Under the pieces are notes generated by a model. It had not been told where the DNA came from, searched no databases, and was given only the letters and a program-made list of their open reading frames with translations. A program made the translations under genes and the position numbers. From Octopus bimaculoides (taxonomy: Eukaryota), in contig NC_068991.1 in NCBI RefSeq assembly GCF_001194135.2, positions 43,100,856 through 43,134,746 of the forward strand: DNA of 33,891 nucleotides. The letters run 5' to 3'. Numbering within the stretch: position 1 is the first letter of the stretch; the number at the start of each line of letters is the position of its first letter. This document shows, piece by piece, positions 22,219 through 33,064 of the stretch.

Positions 22219-23099
22219 GATTAGAGATTTATGTGAAAAAACATTAAAGAGTTCAATATACAATTACAGGGAAGTGTGTAGTAGAGTCTGATATAAGTGT
22301 ATTTATTTTTTCAAAGTAAGTCAAGTAGAGAGGAGTAGAGCTCATGATATGTTCAGCCCTTCCCAAACTGGTGATATTGCTGCAGGGATCAGTTTCAGAG
22401 GGTTGCAGTTCTGCAGAAGAATGACTGGGTAAAGCATTTAAAATAAGGTCTGAGAGATAAGATACAGTGTGTCAGATGGACTGAAGGGGAGAGAGTATGC
22501 TGCAAGTTGGTTCAGGAAAGCAGAAGCTGTTGTGTTAGTGTTAGATGAAGCAAATATAAAAAAAAAAACCACACGTCAGTTTGCTAATGTCTGTAGTGTG
22601 TTAGCAAATAAGTCTTTACTAATCTGTGTAATAGCCTTTTGTTGGGTCTGGTCTAATTGATACCATTAACCTCAGTATTTAATAGGTACTTTATCGATGG
22701 ATCTAAGGTATTTTTTTGTTTGTATGAATGTGTGTGTGTGTGTATATGCATGTGCAGCATAATCCAAAGTCAATCTAAAAGTAACTACATCATTTAGTAG
22801 CTGTCATGTTGTATCACACAAAAATTGATATAAATTTTGGCAAAATCCCAATGGACAAAATGAAGATGAGTGAAATCCACAACATAACGCATAAACACTC
22901 CTGACATTCTGCATCATATGCCACTATGCTATAGAACCATCTTTACTTCAGTAGAACTGAACTGATACTGGCATGGAACCAATGTATGGATCTAATGGTA
23001 TAGTTACTGAAATATAAATAATATTCACACATACAGCACCATTATCTGGAGGAGGAAAAGAAGGAAAAAGAAGCAATATATATATGTGAAAAAGTTCTT

Positions 23100-23126
23100 A
23101 CATATATATATATATATATATATAGG

Positions 23127-23159
<33 letters not shown>

Positions 23160-23282
23160 TGCATGAGTGAGAGAGAGATGAGATATATATTCAAATGTGT
23201 GTACATGAATATGCATATATATATATGCATATATATGTATGTGTGTGTGTATCTCATGTATCTCCCTTTCCCTCTCTCTCTC

Positions 23283-23313
<31 letters not shown>

Positions 23314-23347
23314 ATATATTTATCTATCTATATATATATATATATAT
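23100..23347. repeat. Compound (TA)n/(GA)n/(GT)n/(CT)n microsatellite
   Basis: Direct reading. Confidence 0.9.
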
Positions 23348-25726
23348 ATCATCATCATCATCATCATCATCATCGTTTAACGTCCGCCTTCCATGCTAGC
23401 ATGGGTTGGACGATTTAACTGAGGACTGGTGAACCAGATGGCTGCACCAGGCTCCAATCTGATCTGGCAGAGTTTCTACAGCTGGATGCCCTTCCTAACG
23501 CCAACCACTCTGAGAGTGTAGTGGGTGCTTTTNNNNNNNNNNNNNNNNNNNNNNNNNNNNNNNNNNNNNNNNNNNNNNNNNNNNNNNNNNNNNNNNNNNN
23601 NNNNNNNNNNNNNNNNNNNNNNNNNNNNNNNNNNNNNNNNNNNNNNNNNNNNNNNNNNNNNNNNNNNNNNNNNNNNNNNNNNNNNNNNNNNNNNNNNNNN
23701 NNNNNNNNNNNNNNNNNNNNNNNNNNNNNNNNNNNNNNNNNNNNNNNNNNNNNNNNNNNNNNNNNNNNNNNNNNNNNNNNNNNNNNNNNNNNNNNNNNNN
23801 NNNNNNNNNNNNNNNNNNNNNNNNNNNNNNNNNNNNNNNNNNNNNNNNNNNNNNNNNNNNNNNNNNNNNNNNNNNNNNNNNNNNNNNNNNNNNNNNNNNN
23901 NNNNNNNNNNNNNNNNNNNNNNNNNNNNNNNNNNNNNNNNNNNNNNNNNNNNNNNNNNNNNNNNNNNNNNNNNNNNNNNNNNNNNNNNNNNNNNNNNNNN
24001 NNNNNNNNNNNNNNNNNNNNNNNNNNNNNNNNNNNNNNNNNNNNNNNNNNNNNNNNNNNNNNNNNNNNNNNNNNNNNNNNNNNNNNNNNNNNNNNNNNNN
24101 NNNNNNNNNNNNNNNNNNNNNNNNNNNNNNNNNNNNNNNNNNNNNNNNNNNNNNNNNNNNNNNNNNNNNNNNNNNNNNNNNNNNNNNNNNNNNNNNNNNN
24201 NNNNNNNNNNNNNNNNNNNNNNNNNNNNNNNNNNNNNNNNNNNNNNNNNNNNNNNNNNNNNNNNNNNNNNNNNNNNNNNNNNNNNNNNNNNNNNNNNNNN
24301 NNNNNNNNNNNNNNNNNNNNNNNNNNNCTCACGCATAGCATATTTCCAAAGGTCTCAGTTACAAGTCATTGCCTCAGTGAGGCCTAATGTTCGAAGGTCA
24401 TGCTTCACCACCTCATCCCAGGTCTTCCTGGGTGTACCTCTTCCACAGGTTCCCTCTAGAGAGATGATTGCGCTGGTATGGTGTAGCACTTTTTCACACG
24501 GCTATCCTCATCCATTCTTGCCACATGACCATACCAGCGCAATCGTCTCTCTTGCACACCACAACTGATGCTTCTTAGGTCCAACTTTTCTCTCAAGGTA
24601 CTTACACTCTATTGAGTATGCACACTGACATTACACATCAATCGGAGCATATTGGCTTCATTCCTTGCGAGCTTACACATGTCCTCAGCAGTCACGGCCC
24701 ATGTTTCACTGCCATGTAGCATGGCTGTTCGTACACATGCGTCATACAGTTTGCCTTTTACTCTGAGCAAGAGACCCTTNNNNNNNNNNNNNNNNNNNNN
24801 NNNNNNNNNNNNNNNNNNNNNNNNNNNNNNNNNNNNNNNNNNNNNNNNNNNNNNNNNNNNNNNNNNNNNNNNNNNNNNNNNNNNNNNNNNNNNNNNNNNN
24901 NNNNNNNNNNNNNNNNNNNNNNNNNNNNNNNNNNNNNNNNNNNNNNNNNNNNNNNNNNNNNNNNNNNNNNNNNNNNNNNNNNNNNNNNNNNNNNNNNNNN
25001 NNNNCATCTTATAGAATTTCTACCTACGCCTTTTCTACAGATCGAGCAGGGCCATCTACCTGAAGGGGTTTGTGTTTTGTCTACCTTTCTACTTATTAGG
25101 ACCTTGGTTTTAGCTAGGTTGACTCTAAGGCCCTTTGATTCTAGTCCTTGCTTCCACACCTGAAACTTCTCCTCTAGTTCGGATTGTGACTCAGCAATTA
25201 GCGCAAGGTCATCAGCATAGAGGAGCTCCCAGGGACATCCTGTCTTGAATTCCTGTGTTATTGCCTGGAGGACTATGATAAATAGGAGGGGGCTGAGGAC
25301 TGAACCTTGGTGCACCACTACCTCTACCCGGAATTCTTCACTGTATTCATTGCCAACCCTAACCTTACTGACAGCGTCCCTGTACATGGCTCACACTAAC
25401 CATTCATCTATCCCCAGTTTCCTCATTAACCACCAGACAAAGGAACGGGGGACCCTGTAAAAGGCTTTCTCCATGTCAACGAAAGCCAGGTACAGAGGTT
25501 TATCTTTGGTTAGGTATTTCTCCTGAAGCTGCCTTACCAAAAATATAGCATAAGTGGTGCTTTTCCCTGGCACGAACCAACCCAAACTGCATCTCATCTA
25601 AACTGACTCTCTCTCCCTAATTAGTTGGGCTATGACCCTCTCCGTGACTTTCATTACCTGATCCAACAACTTGATACCTCTGTAATTATTTGTATCCAAA
25701 ATGTCACCTTTACCTTTATAGCAGTT

Positions 25727-25729
<3 letters not shown>
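23348..25729 (-). mobile_element. RTE LINE, 5'-truncated, spanning two gaps (RT domain to tail)
   Basis: YKGKGD...NYRGIKLLDQVMKV, GFVPGKSTT.AIFLVRQLQEK, AFVDMEKAF, VHQGSVLSPLLF, LLYADDL, GLRVNLAKTK, GRWPCSICRKGVGRNSIR, then RWYGHV...RKTWDEVVK. (GAT)n tail at 23348-23374. A frameshift lies near 25597. Confidence 0.9.
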
Positions 25730-25773
<44 letters not shown>

Positions 25774-26040
25774 ATTGTTGAACTCTATTAGTAATAATCA
25801 TCAGATTCATTCTTTATCATCTCCATTTCATACATATCAACAGTCTAACAGCAACTCCATGCAGTGGTGTATGTGTGCATGGGGAAAGGGCTGGAGTGGG
25901 TTATTTGCATGTTTTCAAGTTGAACATCAAATGCATCAATGCCACATATCTGAGAGGGCCTGAAAGGATTATAGGCATACCTCTTCTCTCAAGACGTGTG
26001 TGTGTATGTGTAAAAATATATATGTACATATATATATATA

Positions 26041-26208
26041 GGGGGTGTTGAAAAGTCCCTGGCTTTAAGGGTGTTGCAAAAGGCCAGGTTGGAGGCCTAA
26101 TCTTCCGAGTTCTTTTACAGTGAATCTGAGTATGTTGAATAAAATCATAATTAACTGATCCTCCTGCATTTTCTTTTACCCAAAGCCAAGAACTTTTCAG
26201 CACCCCTG
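26041..26208. mobile_element. Tc1/mariner-type MITE
   Basis: TIRs GGGGTGTTGAAAAGTCCCTGGCTTT versus (reverse complement) GGGGTGCTGAAAAGTTCTTGGCTTT, 22/25 identical. Inserted at the edge of a TA/GT microsatellite. Confidence 0.8.
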
Positions 26209-26584
26209 TGCATGTGTGTGTGTGTTGTTGTCTTTGTTGTTGTGTGTTGGGATAGTTATTACACCAATAATAGATACACACATTGGTTCAGTTTCAGCTA
26301 TAACTCTATTTTTGTGGAATTACAATTTAATGACATTCTACTTTTATTCTAACAGTTTAAAGAAATAAGGATTCTGATGCTTGTTCACCTTCAATTTTGA
26401 CTATTCACATTAATAATCAAATAAGCAAATCCTCTTGCACATGCATCTTTGTTGTGTGTTTATATGTTCAATAATGCAGTATGGTAGTGGCAGTTGTGTT
26501 GTGGTTTCTACATTTTATCCATATATTTCTTATTTAGTGATGGCATCAATTCATTTATGAGAGTGAACTTCCATATTTGTCAAA

Positions 26585-26796
26585 ACAATGTGCTGACAGA
26601 ATTGTTAGCACATCAGACAAAATGCCTAGAGACATTTCTTGTTGCACTTTACATTCTGAGTTCAAATTCTGCCACAGTCAACTTTGCCTTTCATCCTTTC
26701 AGTGTTGATAAAATTAAGTACTAGTCAGTAACTGAGTTCAATGTAATCAACTAACCCTTCCCTCTAAATTTGCTAGCCTTGTTACAAAATTTGAAA
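26585..26796 (+). mobile_element. Family-D SINE
   Basis: GCTGACAGAATTGTTAGCA...TTCTGAGTTCAAATTCTGCCACAGTCAACTTTGCCTTTCATCCTTTC...AAAATTTGAAA, followed by (ATT)n. Confidence 0.8.
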
Positions 26797-26831
26797 TAAT
26801 TATTATTATTATTATTATTATCATCATCATT

Positions 26832-27041
26832 AAGGCAGCAGAATCGTTAGCACACCAGGCAAGATGCTAAGCAGCATTTCACCTGTCTTCATGCTCTGAG
26901 TTCAAGTTCCACCAAGGTCGACTTTGCCTTTCATCCTTTNNNNNNNNNNGTCAATGATAAAAGTACCAGTTATGCACTGGGGTCGATGTAATTGACTATC
27001 ACCTGCCCCTGAATTTCAGGTCTTGTGCCTATACTAGAAAG
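26832..27041 (+). mobile_element. Family-D SINE (10-nt gap inside)
   Basis: AAGGCAGCAGAATCGTTAGCAC...GAGTTCAAGTTCCACCAAGGTCGACTTTGCCTTTCATCCTTT...GTGCCTATACTAGAAAG, followed by (ATT)n. Confidence 0.85.
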
Positions 27042-27087
27042 TATTATTATTATTTTTATTATTATTATTTTTTTTTATTATTATTTT

Positions 27088-27620
27088 GATGAAAACTCTC
27101 AGCTTATTTTGCTGGGTATGGTGGAAAGTGTCAGCTGTCCACAGCCAGTAGTCTAAGGTGACACTTGATTACTCATCATGCTTCAAGAGCCCTGCAGAGA
27201 ACTCTTGCAGTTCCAAGAAATGATGATTTTTGTAGGTATTCTATCTTTACATTTATACCAATCTTTTAGAGCCATGTTGGTAGTTGAGTTTTGATACTTC
27301 CAAGCATGCCAATTACTATTAGTATCACGTCTGTTCCCTTCATTGCCCACAACCTGCATATTTCTCACTTCAAATCGTCATAGTTGTTCACTTTTTCTTC
27401 TTCTTTCTTTTTAATCCTGTTGTCACTGGGACATGCTATGCTGGTTATCATGCAAGTTCTTTTCTTTTTTACTCACCATGTCTGATCTGATGCTCTCACT
27501 GGACCATTGCATCCCACAGGATTTTGCAGTCTTCATTCTCAGTAACTCTTTCTGAGATTTGGTTATATTTCATTTTTACTCTATGTAAGCCATAATTTCC
27601 ACAGAGCTCCTAATGGATCA
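27088..27620 (-). mobile_element. R4/Dong-clade LINE 3' fragment, copy 1 (RLE domain and 3' UTR)
   Basis: MIH*ELCGNYG...ERVTENEDCKILWDAMVQ...IACPSD...YDDLK. Followed on its sense strand by (TAA)n; the 5' side is (TAA)n(GAA)n. Confidence 0.8.
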
Positions 27621-27667
27621 TTCTTCTTCTTCTTCTTCTTCTTCTTCTTATTATTATTATTATTATT

Positions 27668-27866
27668 AAAGAAATTAGACTGACAGAATCATCTGCAAGT
27701 TGAACAAATTCCAGTTCTTTACATTCTGAGTTTAAATCTCACTAAAGTCAACTTTGTCTTCCATCCATCCTGTGTCAATAAAATAAAGTACCAGCCAAGC
27801 ACTGGGGTCAATGGTATTGACAAACTCCCTCCCCAAAACTGCTGGCCTTGTGCCTAAATCAGAAGC
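27668..27866 (+). mobile_element. Family-D SINE
   Basis: TTCTGAGTTTAAATCTCACTAAAGTCAACTTTGTCTTCCATCC...AAATAAAGTACCAG...CCCCAAAACTGCTGGCCTTGTGCC. Confidence 0.75.
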
Positions 27867-28519
27867 AGTTATAAGAGTGATTGACAGACAGAATCCTTAG
27901 AGAGTTGGGTAAAAAGTATTGCAGCCCTTTCTATTTTGCCAAGGCCATCTTTGTCTTTCATTTGAACATACCCTCATAGTACAGACTGCCATTCCTTACA
28001 GAATCATTACACTACACTAAACCGTTTATAAGCATCATAACTCCAAATACAAGACCTTATGTTACAGTTTTAATTTCCATGTCTAATATTGTTCTGTTAA
28101 AATTTTGTTTTACAAATAAATGTTCAATCAAAATATGAAAGTGGCTCCCTAAATATACCAATGAAAATATGCTTTATCTTGTGTGTGCTTGTGAAAATGG
28201 TGTAAAAATTATAATGCAAACTTTCACTGGCTCAATATTGCATAGATGATATCAGGAGATCATTAGAGAGTCTCTTAGTTAGATATATGTATCATTGTAT
28301 CATAGCTCCTACTGCTATTTTAAACATTGCTCATTTCAAGAAAGTAACCATCTTCATGTTTGGACATTAATTCATTTTTAAACAGTAGATATGATGACAG
28401 ACCACTTTCTTGTTTAAGAATTTATGTTTTTGTTTTTTTGTTTTTTTTTGTTGACTGATACTTTCATAACTATCAAAGCACTGTTATTTTTTGTGATTCT
28501 TACTTCTTTATTTCTTTGA

Positions 28520-28700
28520 ATTCTTCTACCACCTATGGTCATGCTCATAAAATCAGTGCAGCACCAATGACTTTCAGAAACACTTTTTATACACTCAGAA
28601 TTGTCCAATCATTGAATAAAGTACCTGTGTTGGTTGTTAGTTGCAGCCCTAAGTTTATCAACACTTCTCTTGACATGTCTATGCATCCCCTCCACTTTAT
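28520..28700 (+). mobile_element. CR1-group LINE C-terminal remnant (different family, old)
   Basis: TTYGHAHKI...FRNTFYTLRIVQSLNKVPVLVVS resembles the TRGHxxK...RxxFFSxRVVxxWNxLPxxVV terminus of CR1 ORF2. Confidence 0.55.
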
Positions 28701-28961
28701 GGATCTTTTACTGTTCCATTTTCCATCTTCTTGTGTTTTATCCTGTTTACAATGCAAGTACTTTTGACAATCATTGCTGTTTTCCTTACTTGAATCATTG
28801 CTGCTTTCTGTTCCCTCTTTTATCCATTTATAGTATAGTTATAATACAGTTGCAATAAGCTTATTACATTGACTGAAGTCAATGTCATTGTCTAACCCCC
28901 TCCCCTTACAAAAAAAACTGCTAGTTTTGTGGTAAAATTTGAAACTATTAATCTTATTATT

Positions 28962-29170
28962 AAGGTGGCAAGATAACAGAGTCATTAGCTGTTTGAAGAA
29001 AATACTTATTAGCATTTTTTTCTGGCTTTTTACATTTTGAATTCAAATCCCACCAAAGTTAACTTAGCCTTTCATCTGTTCAGTGTTAATAAAATAAAGT
29101 ACTAGGGTTAATGTAATCAACTATCCCTATCCCTTCAAAACTGCTGGCCTTATGACAAAATAAAAAAGAA
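28962..29170 (+). mobile_element. Family-D SINE (degraded), preceded by a partial D tail at ~28860-28945
   Basis: TTGAATTCAAATCCCACCAAAGTTAACTTAGCCTTTCATC...AAAACTGCTGGCCTTATG. Confidence 0.7.
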
Positions 29171-29179
29171 CTATTATTT

Positions 29180-29714
29180 GATAAAAACTCTCAGCTTATT
29201 TTGCTGGATACAATGGAAAGTGTCAGCTGTCCACAGCCAGCAGATGAAGGTGACACTTGTTTACTGGTCATACTTCAAGAACCCTGCAAAGAATTCTTGC
29301 ACTTCCAAGCAATGCTGATTTTTGTAGGTGTTCTATCTTTAAATTTGTGCCAATCTTTTAGAGCCATGTTCATACTTCTAAGTGCACCAATTATTACTGG
29401 TATCACGTCTACTCTTCTCATTGACCACAACCTTCGTATTTCCCACTTCAAATCATCGTAGTTGTTCAGTTTTTCTTCTTTCTTTCTGATCCTGTTGTCA
29501 CTGGGACATGCTATGTTGATTATCATGCAAGTTTTTTATTTTTTATTCATCACAATAATGTCCGGTTTCTGATGTCTGGTCAGGTGATCACACTGAATTA
29601 TTGCATCCCATAGGATTTTACAATCTTCATTCTCAGAGACTCCTTCTGGGGTTTTCTCATACCACATTTTTTCTCTTTGTAGACCATAATTTCCACAGAA
29701 CTCCCAGTGGATCA
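29180..29714 (-). mobile_element. R4/Dong-clade LINE 3' fragment, copy 2
   Basis: LIHWEFCGNYG...IINIACPSDNRIRKKEEKLNNYDDLKWEIRRLWSMRRVDVIPVIIGAL. Collinear with 27088-27620 end to end. Confidence 0.85.
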
Positions 29715-29929
29715 GTCAAAGTAGAAGTCAAAATTATATATCTGCTCACACTTTCTTAATTACTTCTTTCAGTCATTATGTAATATCAAAGTAGAACTCG
29801 TCATATAAACACCATTGTATATTGGTCATAATGGAGTATTACATGTTGCATGTAATAGGTCCCTTGATTAAAATAGTTTCCATTAGTTCTGCTCAAACAG
29901 ATATTTGATATAAACATAGTATAGGCTAG

Positions 29930-30027
29930 AGGCATAGTGGTGTGGTTTGAGAAGTTTGCTTCTCAACCACATGGTTCTGGTTTCTGGGTTCAGGCCAGTC
30001 AGAGCTGAAAGAAGCTCATCATGTATA

Positions 30028-30090
<63 letters not shown>

Positions 30091-30340
30091 CGTGCGCGTG
30101 TTACCGTCTCTTTGCCATGACGTTACATGATAGCTGTAAATGAGTGTCATTATAACAGAAGCAGTCATTCATTCCCAATCTTCTGTGAAAATATGTCTGG
30201 CTATGGGGAAATATCACCTTACTTAAAAAATAGGTGTGAGTTGGTGACAGGAAGGGCACTCAGCTGTAAGAAATTTGCCTCAACAAATTCTGTCCAATCT
30301 ATGTGATCATGGAAAAGAGGGACTTAAAACAATAATGATG
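29930..30340 (+). mobile_element. Family-B-headed SINE with internal (GT)n and an RTE-type tail
   Basis: Head GGCATAGTGGTGTGGTTTGAGAAGTTTGCTTCTCAACCACATGGTTC...GGGTTCAG, then GCTGAAAGAAGC. Tail TTGGTGACAGGAAGGGCACTCAGCTGTAAG...CATGGAAAAGAGGGACTTAAAAC(AAT/GAT). Confidence 0.7.
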
Positions 30341-30382
30341 TTGGCATTTAAATGCTTAAGCAGAAGCCAAGAAATCTAGTAC

Positions 30383-30722
30383 TCTTTTACTTGTTCAGTC
30401 ATTGGACCATGACCATTCTTGAACACTATCTTCAAGGTTTTTAGTGGATCATATTGCCCCCAGTACTTATTTTTAAGTTCTGATACTTATTCTAGAGATC
30501 TTCATGTGCTGAACCACTCAGTTATAAAACTGGAACAAAAAACACACACATACATACTCACATGCATATGACAGGCTTCCACAGTTTCAATTCACCAATT
30601 TCACTCACAAGGCATTGGTCAACCCAAGGCTGCCATAAAAGACACTTCTCTAAGATAAATAATGAGACCTACTCTGAAACCTGTAGTTGTGAAGCAAACT
30701 TCTTAACCGTATATCCATGCCT
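30383..30722 (-). mobile_element. Family-B SINE (degraded) with CR1-like tail
   Basis: Head AGGCATGGATATACGGTTAAGAAGTTTGCTTCACAAC, core GTGAGTGAAATTGGTGAATTGAAACTGTGGAAGCC and tail ...CCAATGACTGAACAAGTAAAAG. Confidence 0.7.
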
Positions 30723-30806
30723 ATGTCAATTCTCTGGAACTACTAGATTTGTTGTGTATATAAACAAGTTGGCTACTTATTTCTCTGAGATTGGTCAAGT
30801 GATATA

Positions 30807-30843
30807 GACTCCAATAAGGGTCGAAAATCAAATAAGGCTGTTT
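30807..30843 (+). ncRNA. Partial hammerhead ribozyme (CUGAUGA box deleted)
   Basis: GACTC-CAATAA-GGGTC-GAAA-A-TCAA-A-TA-AGGCTGTTT. Relative to the second copy, 14 nt containing CTGATGA are missing. Confidence 0.65.
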
Positions 30844-31084
30844 GTCATTTTTTTTTTCCAATCTATAGAGAAATAGTTAAATTTGCCATGTTTCTATTCC
30901 ACTATGTAGGTTCATGTATACTAAATCATGCCTGTGTGAACTGTGATCTCCATGGACAAGCCACTGATATTAAATGTTAAGCATTTATAATATTCAAGTT
31001 AGTAACCCAGTTCTCAGAATTTAGCAGATTTGTGTATATAAACAAACTGGTTTAATTATATCTCTAGTATTCATCAAGTGATGT

Positions 31085-31136
31085 AAACATCTCTGATGAG
31101 CCCCCAATAAGGGTCAAAAATTGATTAAGGCTGTTT
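31085..31136 (+). ncRNA. Type I hammerhead ribozyme (degenerate, G12>A)
   Basis: Stem I AAACATCT (31085-92) pairs with AGG(C)TGTTT (31128-36). CTGATGA at 31093-99; stem II GCCCC-CAATAA-GGGTC; AAAA in place of GAAA (31116-19); minimal stem III A-TTGA-T; cleavage triplet TTA (31125-27). Confidence 0.75.
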
Positions 31137-31332
31137 GTCGGGGGTTTTTTTCAATCTATAAAGAAATCATTAAATTTGCCATATTTGTATCCTACTATGT
31201 AGCTTTACATTAGTAAAATGTCTATTGAAATGTCTAGTTGAATTCCAGTCAAACATCTGTCTTTATTGCTTTATTTAAGAACAATGCATAGAAAGACATA
31301 CACTAACAACTCTTCAGCTAACAGGCTATCGT

Positions 31333-31745
31333 CACCATCATCATCATTTAACATCTGTTTCCCATGTTGGCAGAGGCTGGATGGTTTGACAGGAGCTAGT
31401 AAGGCTGGGGGTCATACCAGGCTCCAATGCCTGTTCTGGTATGGTTTCTATGGCTGGATACCCTTTGAGTCCTTTTTATGTGACACCAGCACCTGTGCTT
31501 TTAACATGACACCAGCACAAGTGCTTTTTATGTGGCATCAACGCCAGTACTTTTTATGTGGCACCAGCACTGGTATCAATTCTACTGTGATGGGTCTTCT
31601 TGAGAACAGCAAGATGCCAGACATCTTGGTCGTTTGTCATCTCCTTTGTAAGGTTCAATGTCTTGGGATTGGCCTTCAATACGTCATCCCATCTCTTCCT
31701 GGATCTCCTTCTTCCACAAGTTCCATCTAAATAGTCACAACTGGA
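31333..31745 (-). mobile_element. Older RTE LINE 3' end
   Basis: GTCGRRRSRKRWDDVLK.NPKTLNLTKEMTNDQDVWHLAVLKKT, followed by a repeat-containing UTR and a (GAT)n tail. Confidence 0.75.
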
Positions 31746-31953
31746 ATGTCTTTGATTGTAGATCACTTAGTCAGGGGTAAACTGAGGTTAATCAATAACC
31801 TCAGTGAGATGTCCTTCACATTACACAATGCAAAACCAATGGCCAGGGTTTCAAATTTTACCAATAGATCAGTGCTGCTTGGTAACTAAAGATATTTGAT
31901 AAGATTGGTTTATCATATTTAAAACAAAAATTTAATATAATCACATTATTTTT

Positions 31954-32382
31954 TTAACCCATTTGACACCCACCTGAGACAGTCCCTGAACTATAAACTT
32001 CCTTTTTATAAAGAGTATGAATTAAAACCTTCTATCAAAATTTCATGTTCCAAATGCCAGCTTAATAATTCTTTCTACTAAAGGCACAAGGCCAGAAATT
32101 GGGGGCGGGGACTAATCAATTATATCAACCCCAGTGTTTCACTGGTACTTAATTTATCAACTCCAAAAGGATGAAAAGAAAAGTCGACCTTGACAGAATT
32201 TGAACTCAGTATGTAAACACAGATGAAATGCTGGTAAGCATTTTCCCTGGCGTGCTAATGATTCTGCCACCATGCACTGCCTTATAATGACAACATTATT
32301 TTACAAAATTCATATTAATTTCAAATTTAATTAAAAGAAAGGCAGTGTTTTTGCAATAGAAATTTGGAAGCAAAAGAGTCAA
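31954..32382 (+). mobile_element. TTAA-type MITE (same family as 10391-10603) interrupted by a SINE
   Basis: Starts TTAACCC and ends in a degenerate AAAGAGTCAA. The halves join at CAGCTTAATAAT | GACAAC once the SINE is removed. Confidence 0.65.
32070..32281 (-). mobile_element. Family-D SINE inserted in the MITE
   Basis: Core GAGTTCAAATTCTGTCAAGGTCGACTTTTCTTTTCATCCTTTTGGAG. Flanks TTAATAAT / TTATAAT resemble a TSD. Confidence 0.85.
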
Positions 32383-32819
32383 AGGAGTATTTAAAAAGGA
32401 AATAAGGAGAACAAACAATGTAAAAAATATTAGTAAATCTTATTTCCAAGAGACAGTGAAAGCATTCATGTATTCAACATCCAAGAAAATAAAAAACAAC
32501 AACAACAACAAAACAATAAACAATTAATTGAAACAGCAGCAGTTACAATTTGTATTGTAATTCTTTTTTTCCATCTTTCTTCTTCATTTCTTCTAGAACC
32601 AAAATTTACATATAAAGTGACAGTTAAGAGTCTCCCTTCAAATGCGAAAGAATTCTTTCTTTTTTTTTATTTTATTTCAACAACAAAAAAAACTAAGAAA
32701 TCAAACAATAAAAGGTAAAGATAAGAATATCATTTACAGTTTCAACAAATAAAATATTTGAAATGCAAATTTCATTTTTTATAATTTTGCGAATGCTAGT
32801 TTTATTATTATTTTGAGCG

Positions 32820-32991
32820 TATCTGTATGTATGAATATATGCATATGTGAGTGTGTATGTGTTTATATATATGTATATATATGCATATATAAACGTTTAT
32901 ATATGAATATATAAATTTATATGTACATAGAAATATATATGCATATATTTATATGTACATATATATATGTCTTTGTGTATGTATTTATGCA

Positions 32992-33032
<41 letters not shown>

Positions 33033-33064
33033 GCATATATGTAGATATATATAAATACATATAT
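32820..33064. repeat. TA/GTAT microsatellite running into a gap
   Basis: Direct reading. Confidence 0.9.

Larger units (their letters stand above)
30730..31202 (+). mobile_element. Retrozyme-like tandem repeat (~1.6 units; complete 293-nt unit 30835-31127 between two hammerhead cleavage sites)
   Basis: 30730-30909 and 31011-31202 are imperfect direct repeats. Each contains a hammerhead-derived segment (stem II CAATAA loop, GAAA/AAAA, TA cleavage site, AGGCTGTTT). Confidence 0.7.

Noticed and set aside
31781-31805. Perfect 10-bp hairpin ACTGAGGTTA-atcaa-TAACCTCAGT
   Set aside because: It is within chance expectation for this amount of AT-rich sequence, with no associated repeat or motif.
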